From NCBI GenBank assembly GCA_035439505.1, contig DAORKJ010000002.1, positions 20,735-84,734 of the forward strand: a DNA stretch of 64,000 nucleotides, read 5' to 3'. A model generated the notes under the pieces. It was not told the origin of the DNA. It saw nothing but the letters and a program-made list of their open reading frames with translations, and ran no database searches. This DNA is from Chitinophagales bacterium. GTDB taxonomy: Bacteria; Bacteroidota; Bacteroidia; Chitinophagales; BACL12. The position numbers and the translations under genes are program-made. This document shows, one piece after another, positions 9,437-20,071 of this stretch; position 1 is the stretch's first letter, and the number at the start of each line of letters is the position of its first letter.

Positions 9437-10837
9437 ATGTTCGTATCACCTTTAAGGGAACCATTAATACAGGGTCATAAAACCTACAAACAAATATCAG
9501 ATGATATTTGTGCACCAGTAGAAGCCGCACCTAGCAAGGCATGGATGATTGCTGTAACATTGTCAGGATTACTGGCGCTCACCGGTTTTACAATGATCGG
9601 CATCACAATTACCTACGGTATAGGTATGTGGGGTTTGAACAAAACTGTCGGTTGGGCCTGGGATATTACCAACTTCGTTTGGTGGATTGGTATTGGTCAC
9701 GCAGGAACCCTGATTTCTGCCATCCTTTTACTTTTCCGTCAGAAGTGGAGAACCGGTGTAAACCGCTCTGCTGAGGCGATGACCATCTTCGCGGTTATTT
9801 GTGCGGGTTTATTCCCGATTATTCACATGGGTCGCGTATGGCTGGCATTCTTCATTTTCCCTTATCCAAATACACGTGGTCCTGTTTGGGTTAACTTTAA
9901 CTCTCCACTTTTATGGGACGTATTTGCGATTTCGACTTACTTTACGGTATCATTAGTATTCTGGTATACAGGTTTAATTCCGGATTTGGCTTTAGTTCGC
10001 GATAGAACAACTTCAGCATTCAAAAAAAGAATGTATAATATTTTCAGCTTCGGTTGGAAAGGAACAGCTAAAAACTGGCAGCGATTTGAATCAATATCAT
10101 TGGTGTTAGCAGGTTTATCTACACCACTCGTATTATCGGTTCACACCATCGTATCCTTCGACTTCGCTACCTCAGTAATTCCGGGATGGCACACTACCAT
10201 CTTCCCTCCATATTTCGTTGCCGGTGCTATCTTCTCCGGTTTCGCAATGGTGTTAACCTTGATGTTGGTGGTTCGAAAAGTATTTAATTTACAAGAATAT
10301 ATTACACTCGCACATATCGAATCGATGAACAAGGTTATTATCCTAACCGGTTCTATCGTTGGTGTGGCTTATATCACCGAGTTATTTACTGCGTGGTACT
10401 CAGGTAATCAATATGAGCAGTATGCTTTCCTCAACAGAAGTACCGGTCCTTACTGGTGGAGTTATTGGGGTATGATGACTTGTAACGTGGTTTCTCCGCA
10501 GTTATTCTGGATTAAAAAATTACGTCGCAATATTGTGTTCACATTCTTTATGTCGATTTTCATCAACGTGGGTATGTGGTTCGAACGTTTCGTTATCATC
10601 GTTACTTCAACACACCGCGACTTTATACCTTCAAGCTGGACAATGTATTACCCAACCATAGTGGAAATATTTATTTATTTGGGAACAATCGGATTCTTTA
10701 TGACACTGTTCCTCATTTTCGCAAAGGTTGCACCGGTAATTGCAGTGGCAGAGGTGAAATCAATTTTGAAAACATCAGGCGACCAATATACCGGGCCGGA
10801 TGCTATTCATCATCACGATGATCACCATAAACATTAA
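9437..10837 (+). CDS. actC: ACIII subunit ActC (NrfD/PsrC-like quinol-binding membrane subunit)
   Basis: This is a polytopic membrane protein sitting directly after actB. The C-terminus is His-rich (IHHHDDHHKH). Confidence 0.9.
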   Translation: MFVSPLREPLIQGHKTYKQISDDICAPVEAAPSKAWMIAVTLSGLLALTGFTMIGITITYGIGMWGLNKTVGWAWDITNFVWWIGIGHAGTLISAILLLFRQKWRTGVNRSAEAMTIFAVICAGLFPIIHMGRVWLAFFIFPYPNTRGPVWVNFNSPLLWDVFAISTYFTVSLVFWYTGLIPDLALVRDRTTSAFKKRMYNIFSFGWKGTAKNWQRFESISLVLAGLSTPLVLSVHTIVSFDFATSVIPGWHTTIFPPYFVAGAIFSGFAMVLTLMLVVRKVFNLQEYITLAHIESMNKVIILTGSIVGVAYITELFTAWYSGNQYEQYAFLNRSTGPYWWSYWGMMTCNVVSPQLFWIKKLRRNIVFTFFMSIFINVGMWFERFVIIVTSTHRDFIPSSWTMYYPTIVEIFIYLGTIGFFMTLFLIFAKVAPVIAVAEVKSILKTSGDQYTGPDAIHHHDDHHKH

Positions 10838-10866
10838 CCTTAACCAAGTATAAATAGCATTTGCAC

Positions 10867-11394
10867 ATGGCAAATAAAAAAATAATATACGGTTTATATG
10901 ACGATGAAGTCATCTTAATCGATGCAGTAAAAAAAGTACGTGCAGAAGGATTGAAAATTCATGACTGTTATACACCTTTTCCGGTTCACGGATTAGATGA
11001 TGCCATGGGTTTACGTATGACCAAACTGCATTCCGCCGGTTTTATTTTCGGTGCGACTGGAACATTAACTGCACTTACGTTTATTTTATGGGTAACTACA
11101 AACAACTATCCAATTAACTATGGTGGTAAACCTTATTTATCACTACCTGCTTGGATACCAATCACATTTGAGTTAACCGTATTATTTGCGTCGGTTGGTA
11201 TGTTTTTAACTTATTTGTATTTAAACAGATTAGCACCCGGTGTAAAAGCTGAAATAGTTGATGAACGCACAACGAGCCATTTGTTTGCAATGACATTTGA
11301 GTTGGATGAGCATACTTCTGACAGCAAAAAAGAAGAAATCAGAAAAGTACTTGCTGCAAGCGGCGCAGTGGAAATTCATGAAAAAGAATTATAA
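10867..11394 (+). CDS. actD: ACIII subunit ActD (DUF3341-like)
   Basis: Size, position in the cluster, a soluble N-terminal domain and two TM helices support the call. I prefer the ATG at 10867 to the TTG at 10861. Confidence 0.8.
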   Translation: MANKKIIYGLYDDEVILIDAVKKVRAEGLKIHDCYTPFPVHGLDDAMGLRMTKLHSAGFIFGATGTLTALTFILWVTTNNYPINYGGKPYLSLPAWIPITFELTVLFASVGMFLTYLYLNRLAPGVKAEIVDERTTSHLFAMTFELDEHTSDSKKEEIRKVLAASGAVEIHEKEL

Positions 11395-11409
11395 TACCAT
11401 AAACAATAA

Positions 11410-12090
11410 ATGAAAATGGTTGCATCAAAATATATTAAAACAGCGGTTGTAATAACAGCACTCCCGCTTGTATTTGCATCTTGTAAAAAAGCAGGTGGTG
11501 ATTATGCCGGTGATTCTTACACATGGGATATGAACTATTCACGTGCTTATGAAACATATAGCATGATGCCTGAAATGCCAAACGGTATGAGCGCAGTTAC
11601 ACCGGTGGATGGTACAGTTCCTTATGTAGGAAATGCAATTGCCGGAGTAAAATCTGATAGCCTTACTATGGCATTAAACTTACCTTATCAATTACCGAAT
11701 ACACCTGAGGGTTATAGCAGGGCTGCATTAGAAGTGAAAAATCCTTTCAACATCAACGATAAAGAAGTTGTAGCAGAAGGAAAACATTTTTACGATATCT
11801 ATTGCGCTGTTTGTCATGGTGCAGCAGGCGATGGTAAAGGATTTATTGTTACAGAAGGAAAATATACTGCTATGCCACCAAATTATTTTGACCCGGTTTA
11901 TATGGCAATGACAGAAGGTACTATGTTTCATTCAGTAACTTATGGAAGAAATGCTATGCAGCCTTATTCTTATGCTTTGTCAAAAGAAGAACGCTGGAAA
12001 GTGGTTACTTATGTAAAACATTTGCAGGCAGAATATGCTGCAAAACAAGCACCATCAGCAGCATCAGATACAACAGCATCAATTAAATAA
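11410..12090 (+). CDS. actE: ACIII subunit ActE, monoheme cytochrome c lipoprotein
   Basis: It has a lipobox (FASC), a single CAVCH motif and the right position in the cluster. Confidence 0.8.
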   Translation: MKMVASKYIKTAVVITALPLVFASCKKAGGDYAGDSYTWDMNYSRAYETYSMMPEMPNGMSAVTPVDGTVPYVGNAIAGVKSDSLTMALNLPYQLPNTPEGYSRAALEVKNPFNINDKEVVAEGKHFYDIYCAVCHGAAGDGKGFIVTEGKYTAMPPNYFDPVYMAMTEGTMFHSVTYGRNAMQPYSYALSKEERWKVVTYVKHLQAEYAAKQAPSAASDTTASIK

Positions 12091-12135
12091 TTAGTAAAAA
12101 CGCTTTCGAATTAATACTAAGCAAATAACAAAAGC

Positions 12136-13536
12136 ATGAACGGCTCAAACAAATTCGAATATAATTCAAAACTGAAAACCAGATTCCTGGGATTACTTAT
12201 CGTAGGAATTGTACTTACAGTTGTTGGCATGGCTACAGGGGCTTCAATGGATCGCTTCTGGTCAAATTACTTGTTGGATACCATCTTATTCCTTGGCATC
12301 TCGGTGCTGGCAATTTTCTTTTTAACGGCACACCAAATTGCAATGTCAGGCTGGCATATCATGGTTAAACGTGTTCCTGAAGCAATGAGCCAATTCTCGA
12401 AGGTTGGAGCAATCTTCATGCTTGTGATTATTGTTGGTCTTTGGGCAGGTTATCATAATTTGTATGCACATTGGGATAATCCATTTGTGAAAGAAAAAAT
12501 GGTAACATTAGAAGAATTAGAACATTACGAAACCGAACATGCTGATCATCTTGGTGGTCATGAAAAAGATTATTCACGTGTATGGCAGGAGTTCCAATAT
12601 GATGGTAAAGCAGAAGTTGAAGCACATCATGGTGATGAACATCACGCACCGGAACATAAAGTTGAATTAGTTGCGAATGATCAGGGTCAGGTTGTAAATC
12701 CACACTATGACAGATTAATAGCTGAGAAACATGGTTATTTAAATAAATCATTTTGGACCATCCGTTCTATTGCTTATTTATTATTATGGGTTGGTGTTGC
12801 CATTACCCTGCGCAAGTTTTCACTTAAAGAGGATTTAGAAGGAACTACAAAATGGTTTTTACGCACTAAATTCTGGTCAGCAATATTTTTAATTATTTGG
12901 GCTGTAACAAGTTCTACAATGGCTTGGGACTGGGTTATGTCGTTAGATCCACACTGGTATAGCACCTTGTTTGGATGGTATAACTTCGTTTCACTTTGGA
13001 TCGCTTGTTTGTGCACCATCGTTTTAATCCTTATTTATTTAAAACGCAATGGTTACCTTGCCGAATTAAATGAAAATCACTTACACGATTTAGGTAAATA
13101 TATTTTTGGTTTTAGTGTATTTTGGACTTACTTATGGTTTAGCCAATTTATGTTATACTGGTATGGAAATATTCCTGAAGAAACACGTTGGTGGTTAGAT
13201 CGCGCGAGAACTAATTATAAAGGTATATTTTATGCAAACCTTATCATTAATTTCTTGTTCCCATTCCTGACACTATTACGTCGCGATGCAAAACGAAATT
13301 TAAATGTTTTAACTATTGTGGCAAGTGTATTAATACTTTCACATTGGTTAGATTTCTTCCTGATGATTATGCCTCCAACAGTTGGCGATCATTGGGGAAT
13401 AGGATTCCTTGAAGTAGGTTTATTCATGACCTTCGCAGGATTATTCCTTTATCTAGTTTTTGGTGAGCTCGCTAAAGCGTCACTGGTGCCTGAAAAGCAT
13501 CCTTTATACAGAGAAAGTCTTGATCATCACATATAA
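12136..13536 (+). CDS. actF: ACIII subunit ActF (second NrfD-like membrane subunit)
   Basis: It is a polytopic membrane protein following actE. One loop is His/Glu-rich (about residues 128-175). Confidence 0.8.
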   Translation: MNGSNKFEYNSKLKTRFLGLLIVGIVLTVVGMATGASMDRFWSNYLLDTILFLGISVLAIFFLTAHQIAMSGWHIMVKRVPEAMSQFSKVGAIFMLVIIVGLWAGYHNLYAHWDNPFVKEKMVTLEELEHYETEHADHLGGHEKDYSRVWQEFQYDGKAEVEAHHGDEHHAPEHKVELVANDQGQVVNPHYDRLIAEKHGYLNKSFWTIRSIAYLLLWVGVAITLRKFSLKEDLEGTTKWFLRTKFWSAIFLIIWAVTSSTMAWDWVMSLDPHWYSTLFGWYNFVSLWIACLCTIVLILIYLKRNGYLAELNENHLHDLGKYIFGFSVFWTYLWFSQFMLYWYGNIPEETRWWLDRARTNYKGIFYANLIINFLFPFLTLLRRDAKRNLNVLTIVASVLILSHWLDFFLMIMPPTVGDHWGIGFLEVGLFMTFAGLFLYLVFGELAKASLVPEKHPLYRESLDHHI

Positions 13537-13545
13537 ATTTATACA

Positions 13546-14976
13546 ATGGCTACCGGTTGGTTGATATTTATTGCAATAGTTATGATTGTTGTGGTCTTGT
13601 TCCAGGTAACAAGAACACTCGACCTTGTTGGACAATTACGAGGCGGCGAACGCACAACAGTGGAAATGACCAAATTTCACGCTATACTAGGGATCATTTT
13701 TATGGTTCTGGGTATGATTGGATTTTTCTGGTCATTTGGACATTATGCCGACAGAATGGTAGATCACCATTCATCGGATAATGGAAAAATGATTCACAAA
13801 ATGTTTGTCGTTACACTTTGGGTAACCGGAATTGTTTTCGTTATTACTAATGTGCTATTATTTGTTTTCGCATACATGTATAGAAATCGTCCGGGTAACG
13901 AAGCAGTGCACTTTGCGCATAGCAATAAGCTCGAATTTATTTGGACAATCGTTCCAACTATCGTGTTAACCGGATTAGTGGTTTTCGGATTACAGGCTTG
14001 GACAGATATTATGGGTGACCCAGAAGAAGATGCGATAACGATTGAAGTTACCGGTCAACAGTTTTTCTGGAGCAGCCGTTATACAGGCCCGGACGGGAAA
14101 TTGGGACCGCGTGATAATGACTTAATATGCCCTGAAAATCCACTTGGAATTGTTACCAGAGAATGGATTGAACATAGAATTGTTTCCTTAAAAGGAAGTG
14201 AAAAATTGAACCAAAAAGGTGAGATTGTTAAATTACAAGAACGCGAAAAAGAAATCAATGCGCAATTGGCTATTTATTATGATATTGTAAATAATTCGCC
14301 AAATAAATATCGCGTTGCTGTTGTGAAAGATTCAGTTGATTTATTGGAGACTGAATTGAATAAAATCCCGAAAAAAATCGACATCCGTGAAAAAGCTTTT
14401 ACGCGCATTACAACTAAATATACAGAAGAATATATAGCAGCAAATGCAGATGAATTTACCTGGGGTTATGATGACCCTATGCCAAGTGAAATTCATGTTC
14501 CTGTAAATAATCAGGTGTATGTAAAAATTACAGCACTCGATGTATTACACAATTTTTATATCCCTCATATGGATGTTAAAATGGATGCTGTTCCGGGTAT
14601 GCCAACATCATTTACTTTCACTCCATTAATAACTACGGCCGACAAACGTATCGAAATGTCAGAAAACGATGCATGGAAAGTTATTGAAGAAGGTGATGAT
14701 ATGCCAAGATGGCAAAAATTCAATTACGAAATTGCTTGTGCCGAATTATGCGGAACAGGACATAGCTCAATGAAATATACTTTGGTTGTTGATAGCCCGG
14801 AAGATTATGATAAATGGCTTGCAGAACAACCTAGCAAATGGAGTCAGGTATATGCATCATTATATTTAGAAAACGGTGTTTCAAAATATGCACCTAAAAT
14901 TGCAGCTCCGGCAGCAGCAGCTGATACAGTTACAATTGCAAATACAGATGTTACTGTAGTAGTTAACAAAAATTAA
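13546..14976 (+). CDS. coxB: Cytochrome c oxidase subunit II (CuA), no fused cytochrome c domain
   Basis: Two N-terminal TM helices and the CuA ligands HNFYIPHM...CAELCGTGHSSM are present. There is a long charged insertion in the cupredoxin domain. No CxxCH motif is present. Confidence 0.9.
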   Translation: MATGWLIFIAIVMIVVVLFQVTRTLDLVGQLRGGERTTVEMTKFHAILGIIFMVLGMIGFFWSFGHYADRMVDHHSSDNGKMIHKMFVVTLWVTGIVFVITNVLLFVFAYMYRNRPGNEAVHFAHSNKLEFIWTIVPTIVLTGLVVFGLQAWTDIMGDPEEDAITIEVTGQQFFWSSRYTGPDGKLGPRDNDLICPENPLGIVTREWIEHRIVSLKGSEKLNQKGEIVKLQEREKEINAQLAIYYDIVNNSPNKYRVAVVKDSVDLLETELNKIPKKIDIREKAFTRITTKYTEEYIAANADEFTWGYDDPMPSEIHVPVNNQVYVKITALDVLHNFYIPHMDVKMDAVPGMPTSFTFTPLITTADKRIEMSENDAWKVIEEGDDMPRWQKFNYEIACAELCGTGHSSMKYTLVVDSPEDYDKWLAEQPSKWSQVYASLYLENGVSKYAPKIAAPAAAADTVTIANTDVTVVVNKN

Positions 14977-15000
14977 TTGGTGGAACGTAAATAGAAAGAT

Positions 15001-16866
15001 ATGTCAGTACAAACTTCAACTCATACAGCGCATGCAGATACACATGGTCATGATCATCACCACGATGACCATCACCATCATCAAAGCTTCATTCGCAAAT
15101 ATATTTTTAGTGAAGACCATAAAACAATTGCAAAACAATTTTTAGTTACCGGTATTTTCTGGGCAATTGTTGGAGCTTTATTATCTGTTTTATTCCGTAT
15201 TCAGCTCGGTTATCCGGATGCTGACTTAACATGGATGAAACCATTTTTAGGTAAATGGATAACTGAAGAAGGACAAATTGCGCCGGAATTTTATAATGCA
15301 TTAATTACCATGCACGGTACTATTTTGGTATTCTTTGTATTAACTGCCGGTTTGAGTGGAACGTTCTCCAACTTTCTAATTCCACTTATGATTGGAGCAC
15401 GCGATATGGCTTCTGGATTTATCAATATGTTGTCTTATTGGTTCTTCTTTATTTCCGGCGCTGTCATGTTTGTATCATTCTTTTTGGCAACAGGTCCTGC
15501 ATCAGGTGGTTGGACGGCATATCCACCATTGAATGCATTAAAAGATGCATCATCGGGAAGTGTTGTTGGGGTCGATTACTGGTTGATTTCTATGGCACTC
15601 TTTATTGTTTCAGCATTATTAGGGGGCTTAAACTATATTACTACTATTATTAATTTACGTACTAAAGGCATGAAGATGTTCAGATTGCCTTTACCAATAT
15701 GGGCGTTTTTATTGACTGCTGTTATCGGGGTATTGTCATTCCCGGTATTATTATCTGCGGCAGTATTATTATTATTTGACCGTAATTTAGGTACTAGCTT
15801 TTATTTAGATGCGATTAATCTTGGTGGTGAACCACTCGCTAACTCAGGTGGTAGCCCTATTTTATATCAGCATTTATTCTGGTTCCTCGGCCACCCCGAA
15901 GTGTATATTATCATTATCCCGGCAATGGGTATTGTATCGGAAGTATTGTCAGTGCATTCGCGTAAACCAATTTTTGGGTATACAGCAATGATTTATTCAA
16001 TCCTTGCCATTACGGTATTATCCTTTATTGTTTGGGCTCACCACATGTTTATGACAGGATTGAATCCATTTATCGGTTCAATTTTCGTAATATTTACGTT
16101 AATTATTGCGGTGCCATCTGCGATCAAAGTATTTAACTGGCTTACCACATTATGGAAAGGGGATATTCGGTTAAATCCGCAAATGTTGTTCGCAATTGGC
16201 TTCGTTTCACTGTTCATTTCCGGAGGGTTAACAGGTATTTTCTTAGGTAACTCTTCTATTGATATTCGTTTACACGATACCTATTTCGTTGTTGCTCACT
16301 TCCACTTAGTAATGGGTGTGGCAGCATTTTTCGGAATGTTTGCAGGCGTTTACCACTGGTTCCCTAAAATGTTTGGTCGCTATATGAACCAAACTTTAGG
16401 TTATATTCATTTCTGGGGAACAATCGTATCTGCTTATTTGATATTCTATCCAATGCACTTTGAAATTGCATTACCACGTCGTTATTATACCCACTCAGGT
16501 TTTGAAACATTTAGTGGTTTCGAATCTTTGAACATGTTTATTTCGACAGTGGCAATTATTTCATTTGCATTACAATTGTTATTTGTATTCAATTTCTTCT
16601 ATAGTATTTGGTATGGTAGAAAAATGCGTGATAAAAATCCTTACAACGCAAATACATTAGAATGGACAACACCTTTGCGTCCGGGACATGGTAACTGGGA
16701 AGGAGATATTCCTGAAGTTCACCGTTGGCCTTATGACTATAACAAACACGGAAGAGAATTTATTCCTCAAACTGAACCGTTAAGTCAATACGAAATTGAA
16801 CATGGTGAACATGGTGATGAAATGGACGGCGACCATATTATTGATGATAAAGATTTAAAATCATAA
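15001..16866 (+). CDS. coxA: Cytochrome c oxidase subunit I
   Basis: Heme-copper oxidase motifs are present (WFFGHPEVY-like LFWFLGHPEVY, WAHHMFMTG, HFHLVMG). The N-terminus is His-rich. Confidence 0.95.
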   Translation: MSVQTSTHTAHADTHGHDHHHDDHHHHQSFIRKYIFSEDHKTIAKQFLVTGIFWAIVGALLSVLFRIQLGYPDADLTWMKPFLGKWITEEGQIAPEFYNALITMHGTILVFFVLTAGLSGTFSNFLIPLMIGARDMASGFINMLSYWFFFISGAVMFVSFFLATGPASGGWTAYPPLNALKDASSGSVVGVDYWLISMALFIVSALLGGLNYITTIINLRTKGMKMFRLPLPIWAFLLTAVIGVLSFPVLLSAAVLLLFDRNLGTSFYLDAINLGGEPLANSGGSPILYQHLFWFLGHPEVYIIIIPAMGIVSEVLSVHSRKPIFGYTAMIYSILAITVLSFIVWAHHMFMTGLNPFIGSIFVIFTLIIAVPSAIKVFNWLTTLWKGDIRLNPQMLFAIGFVSLFISGGLTGIFLGNSSIDIRLHDTYFVVAHFHLVMGVAAFFGMFAGVYHWFPKMFGRYMNQTLGYIHFWGTIVSAYLIFYPMHFEIALPRRYYTHSGFETFSGFESLNMFISTVAIISFALQLLFVFNFFYSIWYGRKMRDKNPYNANTLEWTTPLRPGHGNWEGDIPEVHRWPYDYNKHGREFIPQTEPLSQYEIEHGEHGDEMDGDHIIDDKDLKS

Positions 16867-16885
16867 TTAGCTTTTTCATAATTAC

Positions 16886-17779
16886 ATGAGCAAAGAAACT
16901 TCTATATCTAAACAAGGCATAGGCAAAACAATTGCAGCCAAACTGAAAGATTACCACATGCTGGTAAAATTCAGATTGAGTTTCATTGTTGTGTTCAGTG
17001 CAGGTATAGGATATTTATTTGCCGGTGGCGAACAATCATCGTTCTTTTTATTTTTAGCAGGTGGATTTTTGATTACAGCAGCATCAAATGCTATTAATCA
17101 GATAATTGAATCTGATACGGATAAATTAATGACGCGCACCGCTGATCGACCTTTAGCTGCCGGAAGAATGCAGTCAACGGAAGCTATAATTGCTGCCGGG
17201 CTGATGGCAGTTTCGGGTATTGCTATTTTATGGGTTTGGTTTAATACCTTAAGTGCATTACTTGGAGCTTTATCACTCATTAGTTATGCCTTTTTGTATA
17301 CACCAATGAAAAAGGTTTCACCAATTGCTGTTTTTATTGGCGCATTTCCCGGTGCAATGCCACCACTTATTGGTTGTGCAGCAGCAGCAGGTGGAATTAA
17401 CGATTTAGCTATATTGTTATTTTCAGTGCAGTTTGTATGGCAGTTTCCTCATTTTTGGTCTATTGCCTGGGTTGCAGCTGATGATTACGCAAAAGGCGGA
17501 TTTCATTTATTGCCTTCTGTAAAAGGACGTTCTAAGACATCAGCTTTATATATTGTTATTTATACCATCTTATTGATACCTGTAAGTTTGCTTATGTATT
17601 TATTAGGTTACACAGGGTGGATATCAGCATTAATTGTTTTTATAACCGGAATATTATTTTTATTACAAACTGTTAAACTGTATCGCAGCAGTGAAATTAA
17701 AGATGCACGCAGTTTAATGTTTGGTTCGTTTTTATATTTACCAATCGTGCTTATTGCATTGTTGGTAGATCAAATTTAA
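16886..17779 (+). CDS. cyoE: Protoheme IX farnesyltransferase (heme O synthase)
   Basis: It is a UbiA-family polytopic protein with an Asp-rich motif (ESDTDKLMTRTADRPL), embedded in the oxidase cluster. Confidence 0.9.
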   Translation: MSKETSISKQGIGKTIAAKLKDYHMLVKFRLSFIVVFSAGIGYLFAGGEQSSFFLFLAGGFLITAASNAINQIIESDTDKLMTRTADRPLAAGRMQSTEAIIAAGLMAVSGIAILWVWFNTLSALLGALSLISYAFLYTPMKKVSPIAVFIGAFPGAMPPLIGCAAAAGGINDLAILLFSVQFVWQFPHFWSIAWVAADDYAKGGFHLLPSVKGRSKTSALYIVIYTILLIPVSLLMYLLGYTGWISALIVFITGILFLLQTVKLYRSSEIKDARSLMFGSFLYLPIVLIALLVDQI

Positions 17780-17783
17780 AAAT

Positions 17784-18368
17784 ATGGCATCATCAATACA
17801 TAAAAGGTATATCGTACATCCCTACAAGTTTAACTTGTGGATTGGCATCGTGTCGATGGTGATGATATTCGCTGCATTTACCAGCGCCTATGTTGTAAAA
17901 AAAGGAGATACACGCACTTGGGAACATATCCATTTGCCATCCATTTTTACAACGGCAACAATTGTAATAGTGATTAGCAGTCTTTTTATGCATGCCGCTT
18001 ATTTGGCGTTTAAAAAAGGTGCTTTAAATTTATATAGAGGGTTTATTGTAACAGCATTCATTTTAGGTGCTGGTTTTTTAGCCCTTCAAATTCAAGGATG
18101 GAATACTTTGGTTAATGAAGGTTACGGATTAACCGAAAATGTTGCAGGTTCTTTTATTTATGTTATTTCCGGCGCGCATTTTTTGCATGTTGCCGGTGGT
18201 GTAATTGCATTAATGGTGTTTGCTGTTCGTGCTTTTACCAGATTAAAAACAACCGAATCGGATTTAATGAAGACAAATACTATTAATATCGAAGTAATGG
18301 CAACTTATTGGCATTTTGTCGATTTTTTATGGGTTTATCTTTATTTTTTCTTTTTATTGAACAGATAA
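17784..18368 (+). CDS. Heme-copper oxidase subunit III family protein (short form)
   Basis: It is a 5-TM protein with a C-terminal YWHFVDFLWVYLY motif typical of subunit III. Confidence 0.8.
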   Translation: MASSIHKRYIVHPYKFNLWIGIVSMVMIFAAFTSAYVVKKGDTRTWEHIHLPSIFTTATIVIVISSLFMHAAYLAFKKGALNLYRGFIVTAFILGAGFLALQIQGWNTLVNEGYGLTENVAGSFIYVISGAHFLHVAGGVIALMVFAVRAFTRLKTTESDLMKTNTINIEVMATYWHFVDFLWVYLYFFFLLNR

Positions 18369-18380
18369 AATTTTAGAATT

Positions 18381-19058
18381 TTGGAAGCAGTTGCTAAAAC
18401 GAACGCAAAAGAACTTTGGGACGGTGGAGATTCCCCGTTTAGAGTTAGCTATGGCAAGGTGATGATGTGGTATTTCCTCATCAGCGATACTTTTACTTTT
18501 GCCGGCTTATTAATTTCTTATGGAGCTATCAGAATGAGCCATCCTGCTCATGAAGAAGGTAACATGATGAGTTGGCCGGATCCTAACGAAGTATTTAACG
18601 CCATTCCATTTACACATGCGCATCTACCTTTGGCATTTGTTACGTTCATGACCTTTACGCTGATTTTCAGCTCGGTTACCATGGTTCGTGCCGTGCAGGA
18701 AGGACATGAAATGAACAGAAAAGGTGTTTTATTCTGGATGTTCCTGACTATTCTTGGTGGTTTAACCTTTGTTGGTAGTCAGTATCTTGAATGGACCCAC
18801 TTAATTCATGAAGGTCAAACTTTAACCCATAACCCTTTTGGAGCAGCATCGTTTGGTGCTTTGTTCTTCCTCATTACCGGTTTCCACGGATTCCACGTGA
18901 GTGTTGGGGTGTGTTTAAATACCTGGGCATTTATTCAAACTTACAGAGGGGTTTTCCACCGTCGTGGACATTATGAAATGATTGAAAAATTAGGTTTATA
19001 CTGGCACTTTGTAGATTTAGTTTGGGTTTTTGTATTCTTAGCATTCTATTTATTATAA
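18381..19058 (+). CDS. Heme-copper oxidase subunit III family protein
   Basis: It uses a TTG start and carries the LYWHFVDLVWVFVF motif. It is the second subunit-III paralog in tandem. Confidence 0.8.
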   Translation: MEAVAKTNAKELWDGGDSPFRVSYGKVMMWYFLISDTFTFAGLLISYGAIRMSHPAHEEGNMMSWPDPNEVFNAIPFTHAHLPLAFVTFMTFTLIFSSVTMVRAVQEGHEMNRKGVLFWMFLTILGGLTFVGSQYLEWTHLIHEGQTLTHNPFGAASFGALFFLITGFHGFHVSVGVCLNTWAFIQTYRGVFHRRGHYEMIEKLGLYWHFVDLVWVFVFLAFYLL

Positions 19059-19076
19059 AAAATTTAACTGAAAGAT

Positions 19077-19412
19077 ATGTCACACGGTACTCATGCAGAA
19101 AAAATAAAAAAAGTATGGACAATTTGCGGTGTTCTTGCAATTGTAACTGCTTTTGAAATTGCAGCGGCGCTTATTCACTGGAAGTATATGCCGGAAAGCC
19201 CAAGATGGTGGCTTAACTTACTCTTCATTATTTTGAGTGCGGCTAAAGCGTATTATATCATGAGCGAATTTATGCACTTAAAATATGAACTTAAAGCAAT
19301 GGCCGTAAGTATATTAGCACCGTTCCTGTTTTTGGTATGGGGTATAATTGCATTCCTTTGGGAAGGTGGTTACTGGTTGAGTTTAAAAGAATCGTGGGAG
19401 ATTCTTAAATAA
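19077..19412 (+). CDS. Cytochrome c oxidase subunit IV-like small membrane protein
   Basis: It is 111 aa with three predicted TM segments and sits right after the subunit III genes. Confidence 0.7.
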   Translation: MSHGTHAEKIKKVWTICGVLAIVTAFEIAAALIHWKYMPESPRWWLNLLFIILSAAKAYYIMSEFMHLKYELKAMAVSILAPFLFLVWGIIAFLWEGGYWLSLKESWEILK

Positions 19413-19414
19413 CG

Positions 19415-20071
19415 ATGGCAAACAAACGGGGGCGGGTATGGGCAATTGTAATGCTCACAATTATAGTTGTGCTCCCGCTTATTTCAGTTATTTTTCTAAA
19501 GGAAGGCTTCAAAATCAGAGAAGAAGCACCTGCAAGCAGCAGGATGATTATTGATAATCCACCTCAAATTCCTGATTATTTTACTGTTTCTCATAGAGGA
19601 GATACCATTACCAAAAAACGTATGCTTAACAAGGTATGTGTGATGGATTTTTCTACCTACAGCTGCGGTACTACTAATGATGCCCGCGAGCGGAAATTAT
19701 TTGAGATTCAGGAAGACTATTATGGGAAAACAAAAGCATTGCGTCTAATCTCACATACGCTTAACCCTGAGCTTGACCAAACAACCCAGTTAGTGTCTAT
19801 GGCTGAGCGGTACTCAGCCCGTGAAATTTGGCACTTTGTTAGAACGGATGACAGCTCCTCATTCAAATTTCACGACTTCAGTAAAAATATTTTCGAAAAA
19901 ACAGGTGCTATTGAAACTGATACGCTTTGTCCACAGTTAGTATATCTTGTGGATGGGGATGGATTTCTCCGCGGCGCTTACGACCCTTTGATTGAATCCC
20001 AATTCCACGATTTATATAACGATATTCTGTTTCTGATAAATAAACTGGATCTGGATGAACAAGAGAAATAA
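19415..20071 (+). CDS. SCO1/SenC-like thioredoxin-fold protein lacking the CxxxC copper site
   Basis: It has an N-terminal anchor and shares length and layout with the next gene. The CxxxC position reads YSCGTTND, and the LVD-G-LRG region has no His. Confidence 0.6.
   Translation: MANKRGRVWAIVMLTIIVVLPLISVIFLKEGFKIREEAPASSRMIIDNPPQIPDYFTVSHRGDTITKKRMLNKVCVMDFSTYSCGTTNDARERKLFEIQEDYYGKTKALRLISHTLNPELDQTTQLVSMAERYSAREIWHFVRTDDSSSFKFHDFSKNIFEKTGAIETDTLCPQLVYLVDGDGFLRGAYDPLIESQFHDLYNDILFLINKLDLDEQEK

Noticed and set aside
12428-13019. Minus-strand ORFs of 107 and 81 aa inside actF
   Set aside because: They are antisense to actF. The repetitive His/Glu codons of the actF loop keep the opposite frame open by chance.
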